Positions 8,911 through 17,645 of a stretch of 31,029 nt of DNA are shown here, piece by piece (position 1 is the first letter of the stretch; each line of letters opens with the position of its first letter). Location of the stretch: assembly GCA_044220955.1 (NCBI GenBank), contig JBGAQA010000083.1, forward strand, positions 1 to 31,029. The letters are read 5' to 3'. The position numbers and the translations under genes are program-made. The stretch is from Sandaracinaceae bacterium. Lineage in GTDB: Bacteria; Myxococcota_A; Polyangia; Polyangiales; Sandaracinaceae. Below the pieces are notes generated by a model. It ran no database searches. It was given only the letters and a program-made list of their open reading frames with translations, and was not told the DNA's origin.

Positions 8911-10737
8911 TCAGCGGAACGGGCCCTGGCGGCCGAGGGTCAGGAGCGGCGCGAGCCGCACGAGCTGCTCGACCACGATCGACACGTCGTCCGGGCGAGC
9001 GCGGAGCGCCTCGGCCGAGCGCGACAAGGGCAGCTCCACCCGGATCTTCCCGTGCTCGATCCGGAGGTGGGCGGCATCCTGCGGCAGCCCCTCGAGCAGC
9101 GCGGAGCCCTCCGCGCCCAGCCCGCTCCGCGCTCGCGCATCCCTCCGCGGCACGTCGAGCGCGAGCGCCACCTCGTCCGGGATCGGAGGATCGGGGACGA
9201 CCTCGATGCGGTGGACGGGACCGTGCTCCCACCACGTGTCGACGTGGACCTCCGCGGCCCCCGCTCTGCCGTCGTCGATCGCGAGCGCGCCGACGACGAA
9301 GCGCCCGCCGAGGCGCTCGGCGAGGGCCGGCCACCCGGAGGTCGGGTCGACCCCGGTCGGCGGTGGCACGAGCGCGAGCGCCTCGCCGACGGCGAGCGCG
9401 ACGCGCTCGATGCGCGCGGTGAAGTCGCCGAGGCTCTCGGCGCTCATCGCCGGATCCGGGCACGCGACGATCGCGTGGTCGTCCCGGATCTCGCGGAACG
9501 TGTCGTCAGCCTCGAGCCGCTCGACGAGCGCCTCGAGGAACACCGCGGCCTGTCGCGGATCGCGGGCCGAGACGTGGTGCGCGCGGTCCCACGTGGAGTC
9601 GCCGATCTCGATGCTGCGCGCGAAGCGGGCCGCGAGGCCCTTGCGTGGCTCGACCGCGAGGCCGAGGCCCAGGCGCGGGAAGGTGATCTTTCCCACCAGG
9701 AGCAGGCCTTCTCCCGGGCGGCTCTCGTGCGAGATCTCGATGCCCATCGGCGCGGCGCCGAGCTCGACGCTGCGCGTCAGCGAGGCCCCGTCGACCGCGT
9801 ACCCTCGGCGCGACGCGATCTCGCGACCGATCTCGGCCATGCGCGAGAGCCCCACGGCAGGGATCGCGAGGTGCGCGCTCGCGTTCCTGAGCGCGCCGTC
9901 GTTCGCGACCAGGATCGGAACCGAGAGGGTCGAGCGCGCGAGCAGCCCCGTCTCGACGTCGATCTCGAGCGTGTACCCGTGCGCGAACGCCGGGCATCGG
10001 AAGCTGGGGATCAGATCCTCCGGCAGGGCGAGATCGAAGGGCGTGCCGCGCTCGTGCGGTCCCGCCGACGACACCGTGCCGAGGGACCACCGACGGCCCT
10101 GCCGCAGTCGCTCCGCACCGCGGTGCGCGAGGAGCGCGTTGCGCTCGACGATCCCGAGGTGAACGGAGAGCGCGCGAGCCTGGTCGAAGTTGTAGAGCGC
10201 GACCGCGCCCGCGATGCGACCGCCCGGAGCCACCGTGCGAGACGCGAGGCTCCCCTCGATGCGTGGCGCCGCCGGATCCCAGTCGGGGGCGTTCTGTCGG
10301 AAGGTGCCCGGCGCGGCCTCGTGCGCGCGAATGTCCGGGAGCACGACCGTCAGCGGGTGGTGGCTTCGCGCATCGGGCCACCAGGGGATCGAGACCTCCA
10401 CGTCGAGCGACCAGCGAACGCTCACAGCGCCGCTCTCGTGCGACGGCGGCAGCTCCGGCGCGAGGTCGAAGGCGACCGGCAGCACGTGGTCGCCGCGCGC
10501 GAGCTTCGGACCTCCGAAGAGCCTCGCGTGGAGCCGCAGGAGGTCGTCGCGCCGGGTCACCCGGTGCTTTCCGACGCCGACCGCCCAACCCGCGATGCAG
10601 GCCAGGCCGACGTGGACGTGCTCCACCTCGACGTCTTCTCGGGCATGGAGGCGCACCTCGACGTCGAGGCGCGCGCCCGGGGTGATCCGGGTGGGGACTC
10701 GGATCTCGATGTCCGGTCGGGTCTTGAGGAGCGTCAT
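8911..10737 (-). CDS. Arrestin-fold (SpoOM/arrestin N- and C-like) protein with an uncharacterised C-terminal half
   Basis: ATG at 10737 overlaps the upstream stop (ATGA). Two segments with the arrestin-like signature: LARGDHVLPVAFDLAPELPPSH...VRWSLDVEVSIPW and PFDLALPEDLIPSF...YTLEIDVE...LSVPILV. No signal peptide. Confidence 0.7.
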   Translation of the reverse strand: MTLLKTRPDIEIRVPTRITPGARLDVEVRLHAREDVEVEHVHVGLACIAGWAVGVGKHRVTRRDDLLRLHARLFGGPKLARGDHVLPVAFDLAPELPPSHESGAVSVRWSLDVEVSIPWWPDARSHHPLTVVLPDIRAHEAAPGTFRQNAPDWDPAAPRIEGSLASRTVAPGGRIAGAVALYNFDQARALSVHLGIVERNALLAHRGAERLRQGRRWSLGTVSSAGPHERGTPFDLALPEDLIPSFRCPAFAHGYTLEIDVETGLLARSTLSVPILVANDGALRNASAHLAIPAVGLSRMAEIGREIASRRGYAVDGASLTRSVELGAAPMGIEISHESRPGEGLLLVGKITFPRLGLGLAVEPRKGLAARFARSIEIGDSTWDRAHHVSARDPRQAAVFLEALVERLEADDTFREIRDDHAIVACPDPAMSAESLGDFTARIERVALAVGEALALVPPPTGVDPTSGWPALAERLGGRFVVGALAIDDGRAGAAEVHVDTWWEHGPVHRIEVVPDPPIPDEVALALDVPRRDARARSGLGAEGSALLEGLPQDAAHLRIEHGKIRVELPLSRSAEALRARPDDVSIVVEQLVRLAPLLTLGRQGPFR

Positions 10738-11354
10738 TGCCAGTTCCCTCGGTACGAGAGCGAGAACGTGTAGCGCACGCTGCCGCCGACCGGCGGATCG
10801 GCCTGGAACCAGAACCCGCGGACCACGCGCTGCGCGCACGAGAGGACACGCTCCATCGGCGCCGATCCGCAGTCGCGCAGCTCACCCTCGGGCTCGGCCG
10901 CGTCCAGCGAGACGCACCCTGCCTCGGTGGTGACGGCGCCGGCGGAGTCGATCGTCGCGGTCACGCGGATCGTGCCCGCGAGCTGCGGCGCGCACGGCAG
11001 CTCGCGTTCGTAGCACGAGAGCAGCGCAGCACGTCTGGTGGCGATCCTCCTGTCGAGGAGGCCCGGGTCGAACGTACCGCTCGACTCGAGCGCGGCGACC
11101 GGTGACGCGCGCACCGTGCCTCGCGGCAGGTCGTCCATCGCGTCGTGGCGGCAGGGGCTCTCCGTCGGGTCGAGCGGCGCCTCGGGCTCGCGGGGCGCCT
11201 CGTGCGCCTGCTCCGGTGCGGCGAGCTCGACCGGCACGATCGACGCCGGCGCCGGCGCCGCGGTGGGCGCGGCCGCCGGCTCCCGCCCACAGCCGACCAC
11301 CATCGTGACGAGCGCGCCCCCGACCGAGACGAGAGCCAGGGCACGCGAGAACAT
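10734..11354 (-). CDS. Lipoprotein with an AgmX/PglI C-terminal (TonB-C-like) domain
   Basis: ATG at 11354. Lipobox VVGC, Pro/Ala-rich linker, then LLSCYEREL...LAGTIRVTATIDSAGAV...CAQRVVRGFWF...PPVGGSVRYTFSL. Confidence 0.8.
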   Translation of the reverse strand: MFSRALALVSVGGALVTMVVGCGREPAAAPTAAPAPASIVPVELAAPEQAHEAPREPEAPLDPTESPCRHDAMDDLPRGTVRASPVAALESSGTFDPGLLDRRIATRRAALLSCYERELPCAPQLAGTIRVTATIDSAGAVTTEAGCVSLDAAEPEGELRDCGSAPMERVLSCAQRVVRGFWFQADPPVGGSVRYTFSLSYRGNWQ

Positions 11355-11474
11355 GACGCGAGCTTCGCACGGTCCGAGCAGCTCCGCTTGAACGCCGGAC
11401 GCCGAGCAGGCAGTGTCGTATGCGGCAGGCGCTCGGTCGGGACCGACGCGAGCCGAGGCGAGGGGGGGACGAGG

Positions 11475-12647
11475 GTGGCCCTGCGAGAGCGAGCGCCCGA
11501 CGGGATGACCGCCGGCCAGGGCGACGCCGTCGGCGCCGAGCTCGCGCGCCGGCGCCGCTCGTATCTCGCCGCCTGCGGCCTCGGGCTGGTGGCGACCTCG
11601 ACCGGCTGGCTCTTCCTCGTGCTCGGCGGTCACGGAACGCCGCTCGACGCGGTGTCGCTCCCGGTCGTGACGCTCGGGCTCGCGGGGTCCATCGTCATGC
11701 TCCTGCGGCGCGGCGGGACGCTCGAGAGGACCGAGATGTTCCTGATGCTGCTCACCAGCGTCAGCCTCGTGTGCAAGATCGCGGACATCTTCCTCCACGA
11801 GCACGCCGCAGGCCGCCACGACCTCGCGCCCTTCGCCGACCTCTTCCCGTGGCTCCCGCTCGTGCCCGTGCTCGGCGCCGTCGTGTTCCGCTTCCCTCGC
11901 TGGCTCGGCATGACGCTCGTCTTCTACGGCGCGGTCACGGCGCTCGCCGCGGCGCACGTCGTGCCGGGGCTCGCGTCCGGGACGACGACGGCCGAGGCGT
12001 ATCTCGTCGTGCGCGCGCTGCTGGCCAACGCCGCGCTCACGCTCCTGCTCGCGGTCGGCGTCCGGTTCCATGCGCAGTACCTGCGCGCGATGGCCCACGG
12101 CGAGTCCATGCGCGCCCTGGCCTTCACCGACGCGCTCACCGAGCTGCCGAACCGGCGCGGCATCGAGGACTCGCTCCGCCGCGAGATCTCGCGCTCGAGC
12201 CGGTACCGGCGCGAGCTCGCCATCGTCGTGTTCGACATCGATCACTTCAAGCGCGTGAACGACGTGCACGGCCACGCGGGGGGCGACCGGGCGCTCAAGG
12301 CGGTCGCGGGCTGCGTACGCGCGAAGCTGAGGGCGAGCGACGCGCTCGGACGCTGGGGCGGCGAGGAGTTCCTCGTCGTCGCGCCCGAGACGGGCTCGGC
12401 AGGCGCGGCGTCGCTGGCGGAGAAGCTGCGCGCCGCCGTGGAAGCGCTGGCCCCGGAAGGGCTCGGCGTGATCACCGCGAGCTGGGGCGTCGCGGTCCTG
12501 AGCCCCACGGAGACGCTCGAGTCCGTCGTGCAGCGCGCGGACGCGGCCCTGTACGACGCCAAGTCGGCCGGGCGCAACCGCGTCGTCAGCGCGCCCGCGC
12601 CGGCCCTCGCTCCGTCCGCGAGCCAGGGCGCGCCCACGACACGCTGA
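11475..12647 (+). CDS. Membrane-bound diguanylate cyclase (GGDEF domain)
   Basis: About 6 TM segments, then TDALTELPNRR, FDIDHFKRVNDVHGHAGGD, I-site RASD and A-site GGEEF. Start GTG 11475 or ATG 11505. Confidence 0.93.
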   Translation: MALRERAPDGMTAGQGDAVGAELARRRRSYLAACGLGLVATSTGWLFLVLGGHGTPLDAVSLPVVTLGLAGSIVMLLRRGGTLERTEMFLMLLTSVSLVCKIADIFLHEHAAGRHDLAPFADLFPWLPLVPVLGAVVFRFPRWLGMTLVFYGAVTALAAAHVVPGLASGTTTAEAYLVVRALLANAALTLLLAVGVRFHAQYLRAMAHGESMRALAFTDALTELPNRRGIEDSLRREISRSSRYRRELAIVVFDIDHFKRVNDVHGHAGGDRALKAVAGCVRAKLRASDALGRWGGEEFLVVAPETGSAGAASLAEKLRAAVEALAPEGLGVITASWGVAVLSPTETLESVVQRADAALYDAKSAGRNRVVSAPAPALAPSASQGAPTTR

Positions 12648-12858
12648 CGCGGCGTGGCCCCGGCGTGATCCGCGTCAAGCAGCGCAGGTCGTCGCTCGCG
12701 CAAGAGACCCTCGGTGAGTTCCGTGTCGTCGCTCCGGACGGCGCGCGCCCGCAGCAAGCGCCGCGGTCGCATCGTCTGCGTTGCGCGCGCGCCGCTCGGT
12801 GGCGCGGAGCTCCGCCGCGAGACCTTCGCCCGCGGCGCCCGGCGCGAGGGACGCTGAC

Positions 12859-14487
12859 GTGCCGCGCTCGGACTTCGACGTCGTCATCGTCGGCGGCGGC
12901 CACCACGGCCTCACGTGCGCCGCGTACCTCGCGCGCGCGGGCGTCGACGTGTGCGTGCTCGAGGGCCGCCACGAGTGGGGCGGCGCGCTCTACACCGCCG
13001 AGGTCACCGCGCCGGGCTTCTGCCACAACGTGCACGCGAACTTCATGGAGTTCCTGCACGTCATGCCCTTCTTCGAGGACTTCGATCTGCCGAGCCTCGG
13101 TGCGCGGACGATCTTCCCCGAGGTGCAGGCCGGGATCGCGTTCCCCGACGGGCGCCCGCCGGTGCTCGTCTACCGGAACCACGAGATCGAAGAGACGGCG
13201 CGCTCGTTCGCGCGCTACTCGAAGCACGACGCCGACGCGTGGCGCGTTCTCAAGGCGCGCGCGAACATGATGGAGCCCCTGATGGCCGCGGGCCTCTACA
13301 CGCCCCCGCCGCGCTGGAAGCCGGGCGAGGCGCCGCCCAACCCGTTCCTCGCGTTCGGCTCCTCGTTCTCGATGTTCGGGCTCGACGAGGAGATGGCCTA
13401 CAAGTCGATCCGCGACTGCATCGACGAGACGTTCGAGTCCGACGAGGTGCGCGCGCTGATGTACCGCATCGGCATCGAATTCGCGGGGCCCTCCCTCGAG
13501 TGGCCCGGCTCTGCGTACTTCTTCCTCTTCGCGTGCCTCGTCATGCCGGGCTGCTGGCGCATGATGGTCGGCGGCACGCACCGCCTGAACGGCGCGATGG
13601 TCACCGCCTGCCTGCGCGAGGGCGTGACGATGCGCGAGTCGAGCCGTGTCGAGCGCATCCTGCTCGAGGGGCGGCGCGCCGCCGCCGTGCGGCTCGTCGA
13701 CGGAACGATCGTCCGGGCGCGCAAGGCGGTCGTCAGCGCGATCGGCCTGAAGGACACGTTCCTCGACCTCGTCGGCGAGGAGCACCTGTCCGCCTACTAC
13801 CGGCGCCGGGTGAGGAACTTCAAGGACGGTCCCGATCAGGTGCTCGGCTCGGTCGCGATGGCGCTGCACGAGCCACCCCGCTACCGCTCGAGCGCCCACG
13901 ATCCGGCGATGGACCGCGCCTGGTACCAGATCGTCGGCTACGAGAGCGCGAAGCAGGTCCTGGACTACTGCCGCGCCGGGCACGTCGACCGCGTCCCCGA
14001 TCTGCCCGCCGCGGGCGTGTGGATCAACTCCATGTGGGACGCGACGCAGGCCCCGGCCGGCAAGCACAACCTGACGGGCTGGTACTTCTTCCCGCGGGCG
14101 AGCGCGCTCTCCGAGAAGGAGTGGGAGGACGTCCGACGCACGTACAACGGCCGCTTCCGGGAGCTCTTCGAGAAGAGCGCGCCGAACATGACGCAGGCCA
14201 ACGTCATCGCCGACTACCTCCACACGCCGCTCGACCAGGAGCGCGGCATGCGCATGCGAGAGGGAGACTTCGGCCACGGCGCGATGACCGTCGATCAGCT
14301 CCTGGGGCTGCGCCCTTTCGCGGCCGCGTCGCACCACGCGACGGAGATCGAGGGCTTGTATCTCGCCGGCAGCTGCACGCACCCCGGGGGCGGGGTCACG
14401 GCCGCGTGCGGCTACAACTGCTTCAAGGTCCTCTGCGAGGACTTCGGCTTCAAGCCGGTCTGGCAGAGCCCGAGGCGAGGGTACTAG
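12859..14487 (+). CDS. FAD-dependent oxidoreductase, phytoene dehydrogenase-like (COG1233), paralog 1
   Basis: GTG at 12859 after GAGG. Rossmann motif DVVIVGGGHHGLTCAAYLA...VLE...GG, PGFCHN, C-terminal IEGLYLAGSCTHPGGGVTAACGYN. Confidence 0.9.
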   Translation: MPRSDFDVVIVGGGHHGLTCAAYLARAGVDVCVLEGRHEWGGALYTAEVTAPGFCHNVHANFMEFLHVMPFFEDFDLPSLGARTIFPEVQAGIAFPDGRPPVLVYRNHEIEETARSFARYSKHDADAWRVLKARANMMEPLMAAGLYTPPPRWKPGEAPPNPFLAFGSSFSMFGLDEEMAYKSIRDCIDETFESDEVRALMYRIGIEFAGPSLEWPGSAYFFLFACLVMPGCWRMMVGGTHRLNGAMVTACLREGVTMRESSRVERILLEGRRAAAVRLVDGTIVRARKAVVSAIGLKDTFLDLVGEEHLSAYYRRRVRNFKDGPDQVLGSVAMALHEPPRYRSSAHDPAMDRAWYQIVGYESAKQVLDYCRAGHVDRVPDLPAAGVWINSMWDATQAPAGKHNLTGWYFFPRASALSEKEWEDVRRTYNGRFRELFEKSAPNMTQANVIADYLHTPLDQERGMRMREGDFGHGAMTVDQLLGLRPFAAASHHATEIEGLYLAGSCTHPGGGVTAACGYNCFKVLCEDFGFKPVWQSPRRGY

Positions 14488-14492
14488 GCGCC

Positions 14493-16091
14493 ATGGGCAT
14501 GCTCGACCGCGAGTGGGACGCGATCGTCATCGGCGCCGGCCACAACGGAATGGCGCTCGCGGCCTATCTCGCCAAGAGCGGCTGGAGCGTGGCGGTGCTC
14601 GAGCGGCGCACCGAGGAGGGTGGGGGCCTCTGCACCGAAGAGGTGACCGAGCCCGGGTTCCTCCACAACCTGCACTCGAACTACCACTCGCTCGTCGGCA
14701 TCTGCCCCGTCTACGACGACCTCGAGCTCTTCGAGCACGGCGTCGAGTACGTGCGGCCCGAGGTGCAGATGGCGAGCCTCTTCGCCGACGGGACGGCCAT
14801 CACCGTCCACGCCGACCCGAAGAAGACGCACGCGTCCCTCGCGCGCTTCTCGCGCAAGGACGCCGACACGTGGCTGCGGCTCGACGAGGAGGTCCGCGGC
14901 TACATGGACCTCATGGTGCGCACGCTGATGTACGCGCCGCCGATCGCGCTCAACGACATCACGCGCGCCCTGGCGGCCTGGGGCGTCGAAGAGAAGAGCG
15001 AGTTCCTCACGGCGCGCCTCCGGACGATGTCGGTCGCGGACTTCCTCGACAAGCACTTCGAGAACGAGCGCGTGAAGGCGATGCTGGCCTTCCACGCCGC
15101 CATCTGCGCCTACCAGCCGCACGTGAAGGGACTGGCCGTCACGTACCCGGTCCTGCTCGGGAAGATCGCGAACTGGCAGGTGTGCAAGGGAGGCAGCCAC
15201 CGCCTCGCGCACGCACTGATGCGCGCCATCGTCCGCAGCGGCGGCCGCGTGTTCCCGCAGGTGCCCGTCACGCGGATCGTGGTCGAGGGGGGGCGCGCGA
15301 CGGGCGTGGTCACGCCCGAAGGGACGGTGCGCGCCAAGCGCCTGGTCGCCTCCAGCGTGGACGTGAACCAGACGTTCGAGACGCTCCTGTCCGCCGACGT
15401 CGTCCCGGCGCGCACCGCGAGCGACGTCCGGAAGGTGCGCTACCAGGACGCCTCGCTCTTCAACGTGCACCTCGCGCTCGACGGCCTGCCACGCTACCGG
15501 CACGCCGCCTTCGATCCCGACGTCGATCGCGCGTGGATCCTCAACGTCGGCTACGAGCGCCTCTCGGACTTCGAGCGCGAGCACGACGCGATCCGGCGCG
15601 GTGAGCTCGGGGACGAGCCGCGCCTGAACGCGGCGGTCAACTCGCTCTGGGATCCGACGGACGCGCCGAGGGGCAAGGCCACCGGGCTGCTCCGCGTCTT
15701 CGCGCCCTACGCGCTGGCCGAGGGCGGCGCCGCCGGCTGGGACCGCGTCGCGCACGACCTCGGGCAGCGCTGCGTCGAGCGCTGGACGCGCGACTGGATC
15801 GGCGGCGGCTCGCTCGTACGCCGCTGGACGACCGAGACGCCGAAGGACATCGCCGAGAAGATGATCAACTACCGGCACGGCGACTGGATGGTCGGGCGGA
15901 TCCACCCGCAGAGCCTGCTCGAGCACCGGCCGACGGACGAGCTGGCGCAGTACCGCACGCCGATCCCCGGCCTCTATCTCTGCGGCGCCTCGCAGCATCC
16001 GCACGGCTACATCACCTTCGCGCCGGGCTACAACTGCCTGGGCGTCGTCGCCGACGACTTCGGCCTGGAGAAGTGGTGGGCACGGATCTGA
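14493..16091 (+). CDS. FAD-dependent oxidoreductase, phytoene dehydrogenase-like (COG1233), paralog 2
   Basis: ATG 5 nt after the paralog 1 stop. DAIVIGAGHNGMALAAYLAK...VLERR..GGG, PGFLHNLHS, YRTPIPGLYLCGASQHPHGYITFAPGYN. Confidence 0.92.
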   Translation: MGMLDREWDAIVIGAGHNGMALAAYLAKSGWSVAVLERRTEEGGGLCTEEVTEPGFLHNLHSNYHSLVGICPVYDDLELFEHGVEYVRPEVQMASLFADGTAITVHADPKKTHASLARFSRKDADTWLRLDEEVRGYMDLMVRTLMYAPPIALNDITRALAAWGVEEKSEFLTARLRTMSVADFLDKHFENERVKAMLAFHAAICAYQPHVKGLAVTYPVLLGKIANWQVCKGGSHRLAHALMRAIVRSGGRVFPQVPVTRIVVEGGRATGVVTPEGTVRAKRLVASSVDVNQTFETLLSADVVPARTASDVRKVRYQDASLFNVHLALDGLPRYRHAAFDPDVDRAWILNVGYERLSDFEREHDAIRRGELGDEPRLNAAVNSLWDPTDAPRGKATGLLRVFAPYALAEGGAAGWDRVAHDLGQRCVERWTRDWIGGGSLVRRWTTETPKDIAEKMINYRHGDWMVGRIHPQSLLEHRPTDELAQYRTPIPGLYLCGASQHPHGYITFAPGYNCLGVVADDFGLEKWWARI

Positions 16092-16597
16092 CGCGCCCGG
16101 GTCGCGTGCGGGTCGAGCTCGCCGATCCCGGCGACGCGAGCGGCCTGGCCGACATGCTCCAGCAGTACCTCGAGCAGACGCTCGCGGGCGACCCCGTCAA
16201 GGAGCGTGCGGCGCGCTCGATCGCGGGCGAGGTCGTGTTCCGAGCGGCGGAGGACGAGGCGGTGTGCGTGACGATGCGCTTCGCCGGCGATCGGATCGAG
16301 CTCCGCGACGGGACGCCGCCCGCGGCGGCGCCGGCGATCTCGGGCGACTTCCTCACGATCGCGCACCTCACGAGCGGCGAGGAGGGCCCGCTGCGCTTGC
16401 TGGCCTCGCGCCGGCTGCGCGTGCGCGCGGAGCTGGCGCAGCTCGTCCTGCTCGCGCGCGTCGCATCGCTCCTGCGCCTCGAGAGCGGGCGCGATCAGGC
16501 GCGGCGACGCGCGCTCCTGCTCGTGCTCGTGCTCCTCGCCGCCCTCGCGCTCGTCTGCGCCGCGCTCGCGCTCGGCTGGATCCATGGAGGACCCTGA
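16073..16597 (+). CDS. SCP2-like lipid-binding protein with a C-terminal transmembrane helix
   Basis: Overlaps the upstream stop; start GTG 16073 or 16076. SCP2-like pattern (VTMRFAGDRIELRDG...AISGDF...GEEGPLRLLASRRLRVRA), then a hydrophobic tail after RRR. Confidence 0.65.
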   Translation: MVGTDLTRPGRVRVELADPGDASGLADMLQQYLEQTLAGDPVKERAARSIAGEVVFRAAEDEAVCVTMRFAGDRIELRDGTPPAAAPAISGDFLTIAHLTSGEEGPLRLLASRRLRVRAELAQLVLLARVASLLRLESGRDQARRRALLLVLVLLAALALVCAALALGWIHGGP

Positions 16598-17058
16598 TGG
16601 CCGTCATCTACTCCGACGCCTGGTACGAGGACATGAAGGGGCTCATCAACGGCTGCGCGCCCTTCCTCGAGCGCGCGCCGCGCGAGCGGGTCGTCATGAC
16701 GATCGAGGTGATCGGCGACGCCGCCTCGCCCTACGTGGGCGCAGGCAGCGCGATCCACTTCCTCGTGGTGCTCGACGGAGGCCGCGTCGTCGAGTACCGG
16801 CCGCTCGCCTCGCGGCACGACGGCGCCGGGCTCGGATTCCGCTTCACGGCGGACGCGAGCGTGTGGGAGTCGATCGCGGCCGGGCACCTCGACCCGATCA
16901 CGGCGGGGATGCGCGGCCGGATCCGGATCCGGGGCGACATGCGCTTCCTGATGAAGAACGCGGACGCCGTGAAGGAGCTGGTGGACGTCTACGGGCGCCA
17001 GGGCCGCACCGAGTGGCCGCGAGGGCGCCCGCCTTACGCGAAGGGAGCAGAGCCATGA
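16597..17058 (+). CDS. SCP2 sterol/lipid-binding domain protein
   Basis: GGAGG RBS and TGATG coupling. YSDAW...IN N-terminus and FRFTADASVWESIAAGHLDPITAGMRGRIRIRGDMRFLMKN, a typical SCP2 C-terminal motif. Confidence 0.85.
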   Translation: MAVIYSDAWYEDMKGLINGCAPFLERAPRERVVMTIEVIGDAASPYVGAGSAIHFLVVLDGGRVVEYRPLASRHDGAGLGFRFTADASVWESIAAGHLDPITAGMRGRIRIRGDMRFLMKNADAVKELVDVYGRQGRTEWPRGRPPYAKGAEP

Positions 17059-17645
17059 GCGAGGTCGTCGAGGTGCCCGAGACCGCCAAGGACTTCCTGG
17101 AGACGTACCTGCCGGCGCAGTTCGCGCTCGCCGGGGTGGGCAGCGTGTCGTCGTCGGGGGCGGTCCTGTTCCGCCTCGGTGAGTTCGGGGACGAGTGGTC
17201 CATGCGCCTGCGAGACGGCGCGCTCCTGGTCGTGCCGGGCCGGGCCGAGGACGTCCTCTTGCAGGTGACGGTGCCGAGCGAGGACTTCGTGCCGCTGGTC
17301 GTGCGGGCGGCGCGCGTGACGGCCGGCGGCGGCAAGCTCGAGTCCCAGCTCATGGCCATCCGCGTGCTCGGGATCGACGCCGAGCGCGCGAAGGCGCTGT
17401 CGACGGTGCGCGGCACCGTGTGCTTCCACGTGAAGGACGGCGAGGCGACGCGGCGCATCGCCGTCAGCGCGGCGCGGCACGAGCCCGATCTCGACGAGCC
17501 CGAGTGCCGCCTCGAGTGCCAGATGAGCGACTACCTCGAGATCCAGCGGGGCACGCAGCTGCCGATGCAGCTGGTGATGAGCGGCCGGCTGCGCATCGTC
17601 GGGGACGCCGGCATCGCGATGATGATGAACGCGGCGTTCGTCTGA
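17055..17645 (+). CDS. SCP2 domain protein, apparently two tandem SCP2-like units
   Basis: GGAG RBS and ATGA coupling. First unit WSMRLRDGALLVVPG...LQVTVPSEDF; second unit CRLECQMSDYLEIQRGTQLPMQLVMSGRLRIVGD. Confidence 0.8.
   Translation: MSEVVEVPETAKDFLETYLPAQFALAGVGSVSSSGAVLFRLGEFGDEWSMRLRDGALLVVPGRAEDVLLQVTVPSEDFVPLVVRAARVTAGGGKLESQLMAIRVLGIDAERAKALSTVRGTVCFHVKDGEATRRIAVSAARHEPDLDEPECRLECQMSDYLEIQRGTQLPMQLVMSGRLRIVGDAGIAMMMNAAFV

Noticed and set aside
12915..14492. Apparent 1058-aa fusion ORF 12915..16091
   Set aside because: The first half is an Arg-rich off-frame read of paralog 1; the real protein begins at ATG 14493 with its own Rossmann motif.
12859..16091. Calling the pair crtI/crtO of a carotenoid cluster
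   Set aside because: Only family-level motifs are visible and no phytoene synthase or other crt genes are present, so no gene symbol was given.
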